This document shows positions 37,343 through 46,075 of a stretch of DNA of 46,076 nucleotides, piece after piece. Below the pieces are notes generated by a model that was not told where the DNA came from, ran no database searches, and worked only from the letters and a program-made list of their open reading frames with translations. A program made the position numbers and the translations under genes. The stretch lies in NCBI GenBank assembly GCA_015222555.1, contig JADFVM010000320.1, positions 1 to 46,076 on the forward strand, written 5' to 3'. The stretch is from Pseudomonadota bacterium (lineage in GTDB: Bacteria; Desulfobacterota; JADFVX01). Every line of letters starts with the position of its first letter. Positions within the stretch are counted from its first letter, which is position 1.

Positions 37343-37453
37343 TCGCTTGGGGTTAAATTCCCCGCAGCTTGCTGCGTCCTGTCATTCTCGCACTGCAAGC
37401 GGCATAAACTTCGCGGGAATCCAGCCCTTCGGAAACAAAATCTGATTGACTCT

Positions 37454-37488
37454 AGAGCTACATTTATATAAGATGGCTCTTTTTTTTT
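37454..37488 (+). terminator. Weak intrinsic terminator after apt (AGAGCT-loop15-GGCTCT plus T9)
   Basis: A 6-bp stem including one G-T pair, with a long loop. The T-run abuts the tRNA-Arg 5' end. Confidence 0.35.
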
Positions 37489-37565
37489 GCCCCCGTAGCT
37501 CAGGTGGATAGAGCGCCGGTTTCCTAAACCGTAGGTCGTATGTTCGAGTCATACCGGGGGCACCA
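37489..37565 (+). tRNA. tRNA-Arg (anticodon CCT)
   Basis: Hand-folded cloverleaf: acceptor GCCCCCG/CGGGGGC, D-stem GCTC/GAGC, anticodon loop TTCCTAA, T-stem GTATG/CATAC with TTCGAGT, and an encoded CCA. Confidence 0.9.
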
Positions 37566-37591
37566 TAAAAACATCACAACCACTTCAATTT

Positions 37592-37616
37592 AAGGGCTTT
37601 TTATAGCCCTTTTTTC
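37592..37616 (+). terminator. Intrinsic terminator after tRNA-Arg
   Basis: AAGGGCT-ttttat-AGCCCTT followed by a T-run. Confidence 0.7.
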
Positions 37617-37893
37617 TTGCCTTGAATTCACATTAGGCAGGTGTTGATATTATTAAGGCCTGTATTATTCCAAACTACGGCTGTGCCAAAAAGGTGCTCC
37701 TCATTGAGGGGAAAGCACAGATGAACGAGATGTGACCTGGGTCGATGCGCCATAGTTCAACTATAGAAAAACTTACCCCTGCCTTTAGAAGCCCTTTCTT
37801 GTTTTAAACTGTTAATAGTCCTGTTCTTCTCTTCCCCTCATAGGTTATAATTATACGTCACCTATTCAAAAATCAAAAGGAAAGAAGCTTTAT

Positions 37894-39963
37894 ATGAAAG
37901 ACAGAAAGATACCCGAACTGCTAGCCCCTGCAGGCAATCTGGAGAGTTTCTTTGAAGCTCTCGATTCTGGCGCAGACGCTGTTTATGTTGGACTTCAGGT
38001 ATTTAGTGCCAGGGCAAGAGCGAATAATTTTGATATCAAAGCCCTGGAAAGGATGCTCCCTTTTGCTCATTCACGGGGAAGAAAAGTTTATGTGGCAATG
38101 AACACGCTTCTAAAGGAAAGCGAGCTTCCAACGGCAATTGATGCATTGGCTGCTCTTGATTTTCTAGGTGTTGATGCTGTCATCCTTCAGGACTTGGGGG
38201 TTTATCAACTGGCTAAAGATTATTTCCCCTCCCTTAACCTGCATGGCAGCACACAACTGACGGTTCATAACAGCGCCGGTGTCTTGCAAATGGAGAAGAT
38301 GGGCTTTAAGAGAGTCGTTCTTGCGCGCGAGATGACACTTGACGAGATACTATCAGTTAGAAAAAAAACGGATCTTGAAATTGAATCATTTGTTCATGGT
38401 TCAATGTGTTTTTCTTATGCCGGATCCTGTTATTTCAGCAGTTATCTCGGCGGAAAGAGCTCCAATCGAGGCGCCTGCTATCAGCCATGTCGAAGAGAGT
38501 ATAAGGAAGGTCATGAAGAGGTTAATCCCTTTTCCATGGGCGACCTCTCCACCATTGAACTCATACCGCAGTTGATGGAATCAGGAATAGATTCCTTTAA
38601 GGTCGAAGGAAGGATGAAGTCGGTAGACTATGTGGGTAGCGTTATTAAAAGCTACAGAATGGTAATGGATGCAAATAAAGATGATCTTAAAAATGCCATG
38701 TCTGAAGCAAAGGCTTTATTAAAGGGCGCTATCGGCAGGACCAGAACAACAGGTTTTTTCATGACTAAAAACCCCGTTGCCATAACAAATCCGGGCAAAA
38801 GTGGAAACTCGGGAAAATTTGCTGGAAAGGTTTTACATGTGAAGGGAAAATCGGCTGTCTTTAAAACAGCCATTCAATTAACTGTGAGAGACCGGCTGAG
38901 AGTACAATCATCCAGGACAGGCGGTCGTACTCCATTTTCACTATCCAACCTTAAGGTTAAGGGGCAAAACGTTACGTCCGCGGATAAGGGAATCCTTTCG
39001 GAAATTGTCACACCCTATGCATTAGCTGTTGGAGATTCTATTTTTCAAACAGCCTCCCATGAACAAAGAGGGAAAAATGTTGAGGCAAAAAAACGCCTTC
39101 AGAGCCTGCCGGCTGTCAAGTCAGGAAGTGATTATAAAAAAATAGCAAAAAAAATTATCAGTACTACACATTCCATCATTCCGCCAAAGGGCCGAACCAT
39201 TAATGGCACGCTTGTCAAAGTGAAGGAGTTGAGGGAGATCTATGGCGTGGCTCGAAACTTTGATGGCGTCATCATAACGCTTTCGCGTGCCGTTATTCAT
39301 CAATTGAGAAATAATGTAAAAAGACTGAGGTCATTGAGGGATAAATTAGTCTGGTCTCTACCGTTAATCATTCAGGAAGATGATCTTCTCATGTATAAAG
39401 ATGTGATCGCATTTCTGGAACAGAATGGTTTTAACAGGTGGCAATTATCAAATATATGCCACTTTAATTTAATTGATTGTGAAAAGGCGGAAGTTTTGAC
39501 TAGCCAGTATATGAACACTTTAAACAGTATGGCTGCAAGGGCCTATCAATTGTTGGGATGTGACAGGCTTGCTTTATCTGTTGAAAATGATCTGGAAAAT
39601 CTGGCGGCCCTTGCCCAAAAAGGTCTTACCTCTTCAGGGGAGATTATCGTTTATTCAAATCTTCCCCTTTATGTCTCCAGAGTTAAAGCCCGACATAAAA
39701 AAGGAAAAGATATTGAAAACGATGGTGAGGATCATTTCAGGATCAAGGAAAAGGATGGCCTTACATTTGTCTATTCAGATAAACCACTTTCTTTTATTAA
39801 ATATTTAAAGCGGTTTAGGAAAATGGGATTCAGGAACTTCCAGATAGATCTAAGCGGAGAAAGTAAAGAACACGGGGCCAATGGCGCGGTTTTTAGAGAT
39901 TATAAAAAAGGGGAAACCCAGGGAGAAAGCTCACAATTTAATCTTGAAACGGGACTGCAATAA
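37894..39963 (+). CDS. U32-family protein (long form) with Cx6Cx15Cx3C Fe-S cluster motif
   Basis: The N-terminus PELLAPAGNLESFFEALDSGADAVYVG is typical of U32. The motif CFSYAGSCYFSSYLGGKSSNRGACYQPC lies at 38407-38490. Confidence 0.85.
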   Translation: MKDRKIPELLAPAGNLESFFEALDSGADAVYVGLQVFSARARANNFDIKALERMLPFAHSRGRKVYVAMNTLLKESELPTAIDALAALDFLGVDAVILQDLGVYQLAKDYFPSLNLHGSTQLTVHNSAGVLQMEKMGFKRVVLAREMTLDEILSVRKKTDLEIESFVHGSMCFSYAGSCYFSSYLGGKSSNRGACYQPCRREYKEGHEEVNPFSMGDLSTIELIPQLMESGIDSFKVEGRMKSVDYVGSVIKSYRMVMDANKDDLKNAMSEAKALLKGAIGRTRTTGFFMTKNPVAITNPGKSGNSGKFAGKVLHVKGKSAVFKTAIQLTVRDRLRVQSSRTGGRTPFSLSNLKVKGQNVTSADKGILSEIVTPYALAVGDSIFQTASHEQRGKNVEAKKRLQSLPAVKSGSDYKKIAKKIISTTHSIIPPKGRTINGTLVKVKELREIYGVARNFDGVIITLSRAVIHQLRNNVKRLRSLRDKLVWSLPLIIQEDDLLMYKDVIAFLEQNGFNRWQLSNICHFNLIDCEKAEVLTSQYMNTLNSMAARAYQLLGCDRLALSVENDLENLAALAQKGLTSSGEIIVYSNLPLYVSRVKARHKKGKDIENDGEDHFRIKEKDGLTFVYSDKPLSFIKYLKRFRKMGFRNFQIDLSGESKEHGANGAVFRDYKKGETQGESSQFNLETGLQ

Positions 39964-40115
39964 CTTTTGTTTATTTTTTAAAGTATGGGTGTCAATATTG
40001 ACACTATTATTCATATTATGTTAGAGCTATAAAAATTGTAAGATACCTTACTCGGATGTCCCCCCTTGTAGGCGGAGAGCCTCACTATTATTTAATATTG
40101 GAGAAGTTAGTGTAA

Positions 40116-43076
40116 ATGAAAAAAATCGATATAAAATCAGGCGAAATAACAAAGGGTTTTTTATGTAAACAGGTGGTGGAACTTGCAGACTTAAGGGCTG
40201 TTCTTTACCGCTTCGTTCATGAAGGTACAGGTGCGGAACTGATCCATTTTTTAAATGACGATGAAAACAATCTTTTTTCAGTGGCCTTTCGAACGACTCC
40301 AAGTGATTCGACAGGTGTTGCCCATATACTTGAACATACGGCACTTTGTGGATCCGAAAGGTATCCCGTTAGAGATCCCTTCTTTTCCATGTTGAAGCGA
40401 AGCCTTAATACCTTCATGAATGCTTTTACGGCCAATGACTGGACCATGTATCCCTTTTCAACGCAGAATGAAAAGGATTTTTATAATCTCATGGATGTGT
40501 ATCTCGATGCCGCTTTTTTACCTAATCTTAAAGAATCAAGCTTTAAACAGGAAGGCTGGAGGCTTGAGTTTGAAAACTCACCGGATGGCGAGGAGGCTTT
40601 GACTTATAAGGGCATTGTTTATAACGAGATGAAGGGGGCCATGTCGGATCCAAATTCTTTAATGGTCAGGCGGATTCAAAAAGCATTGTATCCAACTACG
40701 ACATATCATTACAACTCCGGTGGCGAACCTGAGGATATCCCGGATCTTACCTGGCAGGGCCTCAAGGATTTTCACGCAAAATATTACCATCCCAGCAACG
40801 CCAGATTTTTTACTTACGGTAACCTGAATGTTATTAAACATCTGGAAATGATTGATGATAGAGTCCTTTCGAAATTTGAAAGAGTTGAAGTTAACACAGC
40901 TGTAGGTAGCGAAAAGAGATTTGTTGAGACCAGGAGAGAGGAATATTCCTACGCAGTCGATGCTTCGACGCCAAAGGAAGAACTTACCAACCGTTCAATT
41001 ATCAGTGTGGCATGGTTAACCTGTGACGTGACAGACTATTTTGAAACCTTTGCCTTGAGTATCCTTTCATCGCTTCTTTTGGGCAATGCGGCTGCGCCAT
41101 TATATAAAGCGCTAATGGATTCAAAGATTGGTTCTGCCCTTGCTCCGGGTACGGGGTTTGAAGATGAAAATAAGGAGGCATCCTTTTCAGCGGGACTGCA
41201 GGGCGTCAATCCGGATGATGCGGATAAAATAGAGACGCTGGTGCTGGAAACGCTGAAAAAAGTCGTCAAAGAAGGATTTACAAAAGAAAGAATTGAGGCT
41301 GTCATTCATCAGGTTGAGTTTGGAAACAAGGAAGTGGTCGGCAATCATTATCCCTATGCATTAAACGTTCTTTTCCGGATTTTCGGGACATGGGTTCATG
41401 ATGCTGATCCTGTACAGCCTCTTTTGATTAATGAAACCCTCAGTAGACTGAGAAAAGAGGTTGAGAGAGGCAATTTTTTCGAGAATTTGATAAAGAAATA
41501 TTTTTTGAATAATCCACATAGAGTGACCGTTATTTTGAAACCCGACGAAGAAGAGGGGAAAAGGGCAGAGCAAAAGCTTGAAGTAAGGCTTTCAGCCATA
41601 GAAGATAAATTGACGGAAGAGGAAAAAAGAAAGATTATTAATGATGCTGCAGAGCTTCAAAAAGCGCAGGAGCTGGAGGAAGATATTTCCTGTCTGCCGA
41701 CGCTGGAATTAAAAGATATTCCCCTCACATTTCCTTTAGTTGACCATGTGGCCGATGAAAGGGAAGGCGTGCCGGTTTACTGGTTTGATCAGCCAACTAA
41801 CGGCATCAGTTACTTTAATGCCCTTGTAAGTGCAGAGACGTTACCCCCCGACCTCAAGCCTTATGTACCTCTTTTTTGCACTCTTTTGACGAAAGTCGGT
41901 GCAGGCGGATTAAATTATATGGAGATGGCCGAAAGGATAGAGGCTCATACGGGTGGAATTGGCGCCTATGCAAATGTTTGGGAGGATTTGGCAGATCTTG
42001 ACAACTTTAGCTCTGTCGTAGAGATAAGCGGAAAGGCCTTAGTAAGAAACCATGGGAAACTGTTTGAAATTCTAAAGGACATGTTTATATCCCCTGATTT
42101 CAGGGATTTGGATCGTCTTCATACGGTCATAGGTCAGGTTAAAACGTCGATTGAAAATTCAGTGCCCGGCTCAGGTCATAGTTATGCCAGAGGTCTTGCG
42201 GCAAGGCACCTCACACCGGCTGCAAGGTTAAGAGAGAGTTGGGCCGGAATTCATCATCTCAGCCTGATTAAAGAAGTTGCCAGCCGGGATGTTGAGGCCT
42301 TGGGAGAAGTTGCAGAAAAGTTGGAAGCCATATCTGCTCATCTGCTCAATAAAAGCAGCATGAAGGTGAGCGTTATTTCTGAAAAGAGGTATTTTGATGC
42401 TGTGAGCAAAGAGATGGTTTCTTTCCTGAGGGAAATTAATTCGGAAGATTTTCTGGTACAGGAAGGAGTGAGTCAAGAGGAAGGCAATGAACGCGAAGGA
42501 TGGAGTACAAATGTGCCTGTTTCTTATGTAGCAAAATTATTCAGGACAGTTCCATACAGTCATGATGATTCATCGACTTTACTTGTCTTGTCAAGATTAC
42601 TCCGCGCCTGCTATTTGCATAGAGAGATCCGGGAGAAGGGGGGTGCCTATGGAGGTTTTGCCGCCCATTCTTCTTCGGAAGGACTCTTCTCTTTTCTTTC
42701 TTATCGTGATCCCCATCTGGAAAGAACAATTCAGGTCTACAATGATTCAATTGATTGGGTTCTGTCCGGAAAGTTTAGCAATGAAGATCTAAAAGAGGCC
42801 ATATTGAGCACCTTTGCTGACATTGACAAGCCAATGGCACCATCGGGAAAGGGTAATAGCGAATTTGTTGCAATTCTTAGAGGCTTGACAAGAGAGATGA
42901 GACAAAAAAGAAGGGAAGAGATCCTCGCTTTAGATAAGGATGCTATTATTAGCGTGGCAAACAAATACCTGAAGGGTAATAATAAAAGTTCCATAGCCGT
43001 TATCTCAAATGAAGAGAAACTTAATGAGGCTAATGAAGCACTTAAAGAGTCTCCTTTAAAAGTCCATAGGATTTAA
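40116..43076 (+). CDS. M16C (PreP/pitrilysin-like) zinc metalloprotease
   Basis: The inverted zinc motif HILEH (VAHILEHTALCGS) and GIVYNEMKG, in a ~990-aa four-domain protein typical of presequence-protease-like M16C enzymes. Confidence 0.85.
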   Translation: MKKIDIKSGEITKGFLCKQVVELADLRAVLYRFVHEGTGAELIHFLNDDENNLFSVAFRTTPSDSTGVAHILEHTALCGSERYPVRDPFFSMLKRSLNTFMNAFTANDWTMYPFSTQNEKDFYNLMDVYLDAAFLPNLKESSFKQEGWRLEFENSPDGEEALTYKGIVYNEMKGAMSDPNSLMVRRIQKALYPTTTYHYNSGGEPEDIPDLTWQGLKDFHAKYYHPSNARFFTYGNLNVIKHLEMIDDRVLSKFERVEVNTAVGSEKRFVETRREEYSYAVDASTPKEELTNRSIISVAWLTCDVTDYFETFALSILSSLLLGNAAAPLYKALMDSKIGSALAPGTGFEDENKEASFSAGLQGVNPDDADKIETLVLETLKKVVKEGFTKERIEAVIHQVEFGNKEVVGNHYPYALNVLFRIFGTWVHDADPVQPLLINETLSRLRKEVERGNFFENLIKKYFLNNPHRVTVILKPDEEEGKRAEQKLEVRLSAIEDKLTEEEKRKIINDAAELQKAQELEEDISCLPTLELKDIPLTFPLVDHVADEREGVPVYWFDQPTNGISYFNALVSAETLPPDLKPYVPLFCTLLTKVGAGGLNYMEMAERIEAHTGGIGAYANVWEDLADLDNFSSVVEISGKALVRNHGKLFEILKDMFISPDFRDLDRLHTVIGQVKTSIENSVPGSGHSYARGLAARHLTPAARLRESWAGIHHLSLIKEVASRDVEALGEVAEKLEAISAHLLNKSSMKVSVISEKRYFDAVSKEMVSFLREINSEDFLVQEGVSQEEGNEREGWSTNVPVSYVAKLFRTVPYSHDDSSTLLVLSRLLRACYLHREIREKGGAYGGFAAHSSSEGLFSFLSYRDPHLERTIQVYNDSIDWVLSGKFSNEDLKEAILSTFADIDKPMAPSGKGNSEFVAILRGLTREMRQKRREEILALDKDAIISVANKYLKGNNKSSIAVISNEEKLNEANEALKESPLKVHRI

Positions 43077-43092
43077 TTTTACAGGATAAGTC

Positions 43093-43680
43093 ATGATATT
43101 AATGATAGATAACTATGATTCATTTACCTATAACCTGGTACAGTATTTCGGAGAGCTGGGTGCCGACATCAAGGTCTACCGGAATGATAAAATCACAGTT
43201 GATGAAATAGAAAAACTTGATCCTGATAAGATTGTCATATCGCCAGGGCCCTGCACTCCTAAAGAGGCGGGTATTTCCGTGGAAGTTGTTAAGCGGTTTT
43301 CGGAAAAAATGCCGATTCTTGGTGTTTGCCTGGGCCATGAATCGATTGCTGTTGCCTTTGGTGGAAAAATTACAAAGGCAAAAAAACTGATGCATGGAAA
43401 AACCTCACCCATTTCACATGATGGTAAAGGAATATTTCATGCTATTGAACAGCCATTCGAGGCTACACGTTATCATTCTCTGGCCGTTGAAAGGAGTTCG
43501 CTTCCCTCTTGCTTTGATGTTTCCGCATGGACAGATGATGACAATGAGATTATGGGTATTCGACATAAAGAGTTGCCTGTCGTCGGCATTCAGTTCCATC
43601 CTGAATCAGTCCTTACTGGAGTGGGCAAAGAGCTTCTTAAAAACTTTCTGGAAAGTAGCAATAAGCTCAGAAGGGGGTAG
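43093..43680 (+). CDS. Class I glutamine amidotransferase, anthranilate/aminodeoxychorismate synthase component II (TrpG/PabA)
   Basis: MILMIDNYDSFTYNLVQY, ISPGPCTP, GVCLGHE (catalytic Cys) and GIQFHPES (His/Glu). No component I gene is adjacent. Confidence 0.85.
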   Translation: MILMIDNYDSFTYNLVQYFGELGADIKVYRNDKITVDEIEKLDPDKIVISPGPCTPKEAGISVEVVKRFSEKMPILGVCLGHESIAVAFGGKITKAKKLMHGKTSPISHDGKGIFHAIEQPFEATRYHSLAVERSSLPSCFDVSAWTDDDNEIMGIRHKELPVVGIQFHPESVLTGVGKELLKNFLESSNKLRRG

Positions 43681-43682
43681 AG

Positions 43683-44147
43683 ATGTTTCTTTATCTTGTC
43701 CAGCATGGTGAGGCAAAAAGTAAAGAAGAGGATCCATTAAGGCCTCTTTCTGATGAGGGAGGAAAATTAGTTGAGAAAACGGCAAAATATCTTGGGAAGT
43801 TAAAGCCTAACATCAATAAAATCATTCATAGTGGCAAGCTTAGGGCAGAGCAGACAGCCAGATCCATTTCCGTTGAATTGTCACCTAAACTCACAATATC
43901 ACAGGAAGATTACCTCTCCCCAAATGATGATCCCAATATATGGGCAGACCGTCTCAAAAAATCTGAAACGGATATCATGATAGTCGGGCACTTGCCTTAC
44001 CTTTCCAGATTAACATCACTTCTTCTTTGTGGAGACGGTAAAATTGATTTGATTACTTTCAAAAATGCAGGTGCTGTTTGTCTGAAAAGGGAAGAAAGCG
44101 GGGAATGGTCGCTCATCTGGATATTGATTCCTGAAATGATATTGTAA
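43683..44147 (+). CDS. sixA: SixA-like phosphohistidine phosphatase (RHG motif reads QHG)
   Basis: MFLYLVQHGEA...RPLSDEG...LRAEQT...VGHLP is colinear with E. coli SixA as I remember it. Confidence 0.7.
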   Translation: MFLYLVQHGEAKSKEEDPLRPLSDEGGKLVEKTAKYLGKLKPNINKIIHSGKLRAEQTARSISVELSPKLTISQEDYLSPNDDPNIWADRLKKSETDIMIVGHLPYLSRLTSLLLCGDGKIDLITFKNAGAVCLKREESGEWSLIWILIPEMIL

Positions 44148-44338
44148 AGACTCAAATTTTGAATTCAAATGGAGTGGATAACATGTGACCAACTATGAAT
44201 TGTTTTCATGATCTGATAAAGTTTTCATGGCATTTTCAAGATTCCTTTAAAATTCGTTTAGAAAGTTACGCCATCAATTAGAAAAAATAATCTGACATAA
44301 CAATATCTTATGCAAACAATCTGATTTTCCTCTTATTC

Positions 44339-44354
44339 GTGGCACCTTCATTGC
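44339..44354 (+). promoter_or_regulatory. Sigma-54 (RpoN) -24/-12 promoter TGGCAC-N5-TTGCA
   Basis: Exact match to TGGCAC-N5-TTGCW, with the GG-to-GC spacing of the consensus. It lies about 270 nt upstream of the ATG at 44624 and about 35 nt upstream of the riboswitch P1 stem. Confidence 0.65.
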
Positions 44355-44389
44355 AATAAGATACTTTAGTTTAGCAGTTAGCATTTTCA

Positions 44390-44511
44390 CTCTGTAAAGA
44401 GCAAACCAGGAGAAATCCTGGGACGCAGAGCCACGGGGCTAAGAAAGTTGTTTAAAATGAGGAAGAAATCTTTCCATTTATTTCACTTTCAAGTCTGCCG
44501 AGCCGCCAGAG
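44390..44511 (+). promoter_or_regulatory. c-di-GMP-I (GEMM-I) riboswitch aptamer
   Basis: The core GCAAACC-AGGA-GAAA-TCCT-GG-GACGCAGAGCC (44401-44432) matches the conserved GEMM-I core. P1 is CTCTG/CAGAG (44390-94 / 44507-11). The second helix pairs CGG-GGCT with AGTC-tg-CCG and is extended by GAAAGT/ACTTTC and GGAAG/TTTCC. Confidence 0.8.
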
Positions 44512-44536
44512 AAATTAATCTCAGGCGGTTTTTTTT
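44503..44536 (+). terminator. Intrinsic terminator serving as the riboswitch expression platform
   Basis: CCGCCAGAG-aaattaat-CTCAGGCGG followed by T8. The 5' arm contains the P1 3' strand CAGAG. Confidence 0.8.
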
Positions 44537-44623
44537 GCACTTTTTTTGTAAAAGGAAGACCTGATGTAATGGTTAAAAGTATAAAAAAACTTTAAGAATT
44601 AAGTTACGTATGAGGAGGTTGTT

Positions 44624-46075
44624 ATGTCATCATCAAATTTATTACTCCAATGGTCGAGTCAAGCGGCGACCTCTATTTTAATATGGATTGTCATTGCAGT
44701 CATTCTCTTGTACGCTGCTCGCAAGCCGGCCCATGAATTAATTTTTTCTCTTTGCAGATTAATTCACAATGCCTTAAGAGTTGCAGGCCGATCTATTATG
44801 ATTGCAGAAAAGAAACTCGCAGACCGTAACAGGGAAGTCCTTCTTGCCGCCGGCGAAGAATCTGTTCAACGATTAATAGAACGTGAATTCCATCGGGTCA
44901 ATGCCGTCGTCAGCCGTGACCTGAGTGGGTATCCTGCCTTTCAGCGTTCATTGAAAGATCAGATTACACGGATCGATGAAGATTACCAGAAAAGCGTTGA
45001 AATTCCACCTTCACCACCGGGCTGGATGCCTGCTGTTGAAGCGGTGGCCAAAATTCCACCCACAGGTGATACGATGGTGGCCAATATTCTGAAAGATATC
45101 AATAAATCAATAGATAAACAACATAACAGGGCTATTGAAGAATATCGCAAGGCAAGCACTGTAAGGCATACTCTTCTTAAAAAGATGATGCCCTTCTGGC
45201 GAAAAATGTCTAATACTCTGGATGAAGTGGATAAGACCATTTCAGGCCTCCTTGAGCGCTCCAAATTCATCGACAGCAAGATGGAAGAGTATGAGCAGAT
45301 CAGAAAGGGCTCTGACAAAGCGGTACGGACGCTGTCATCTTCCTCTATGACTCAATTTGTTATTTCAGGTTTTGTTCTGCTAATAGCGATTGGCGGCGCC
45401 GTGATTAACTTCAATCTTATTGCCTTGCCTATGTCTGAAATGGTCGGCGGCAGCAGCTATATTGGCGGCTTCAAAACCTCAAATGTTGCTGCCATGGTAA
45501 TCATTCTTGTCGAGGTTGCCATGGGCCTCTTCCTTATGGAATCACTTCACATAACCAAGCTCTTTCCCATCATCGGGAGCATGGATGATAAAATGCGGCG
45601 CCGCATGGTCTGGATTTCTTTTTCCATTTTATTTATCCTTGCCGGTATTGAATCGTCACTGGCCTATATGCGTGACATAATCGCCGCCGACATGCAGGCA
45701 TTAAGACAATCCCTGGCTGATGTTACCGCTTCCGGTGAGGTTTCTGGTAGCTGGATCCCCACGGCAGGTCAAATGATAATGGGTTTTATCCTGCCCTTTG
45801 CACTGACCTTTATTGCTATCCCGCTTGAGTCCTTTATTCATTCATCCAGAACGGTTTTAGGTGTTTGTATGGTGGGATTGCTAAGGGTGAGCTCATTTTT
45901 ATTAAGGCTATTTGGGAACATTTCAAGATCAGCAGGTGTAATGTCTGTAGCGATATACGATCTGATTGTCTTTGCGCCTTTGTGGTTCGAGGGGCACCTT
46001 CGTGGTATGAGTAATAAAAAAGGCGAAAAGGCCGATACTTCAGTTGAACATGTTGAGAATGGAGAAATATCATGA
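44624..46075 (+). CDS. Uncharacterised polytopic membrane protein (N-terminal TM, ~200-aa helical soluble region, then about 6 TM segments)
   Basis: 483-aa ORF with a GAGGAGG RBS. Hydrophobic segments include ILIWIVIAVILLYAA, FVISGFVLLIAIGGAVINF, VAAMVIILVEVAMGLFLM, MVWISFSILFILAGI, MIMGFILPFALTFIAIPL and GVCMVGLLRVSSFLL. I recognise no family. The next ORF starts at 46072 (ATGA overlap) and leaves the window. Confidence 0.8.
   Translation: MSSSNLLLQWSSQAATSILIWIVIAVILLYAARKPAHELIFSLCRLIHNALRVAGRSIMIAEKKLADRNREVLLAAGEESVQRLIEREFHRVNAVVSRDLSGYPAFQRSLKDQITRIDEDYQKSVEIPPSPPGWMPAVEAVAKIPPTGDTMVANILKDINKSIDKQHNRAIEEYRKASTVRHTLLKKMMPFWRKMSNTLDEVDKTISGLLERSKFIDSKMEEYEQIRKGSDKAVRTLSSSSMTQFVISGFVLLIAIGGAVINFNLIALPMSEMVGGSSYIGGFKTSNVAAMVIILVEVAMGLFLMESLHITKLFPIIGSMDDKMRRRMVWISFSILFILAGIESSLAYMRDIIAADMQALRQSLADVTASGEVSGSWIPTAGQMIMGFILPFALTFIAIPLESFIHSSRTVLGVCMVGLLRVSSFLLRLFGNISRSAGVMSVAIYDLIVFAPLWFEGHLRGMSNKKGEKADTSVEHVENGEIS

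Noticed and set aside
44170-44181. Short perfect palindrome TTTGAATTCAAA just after sixA, considered as an operator or terminator.
   Set aside because: It is 12 bp, AT-rich and contains an EcoRI-type core, so it is well within chance expectation. It has no loop or T-run.
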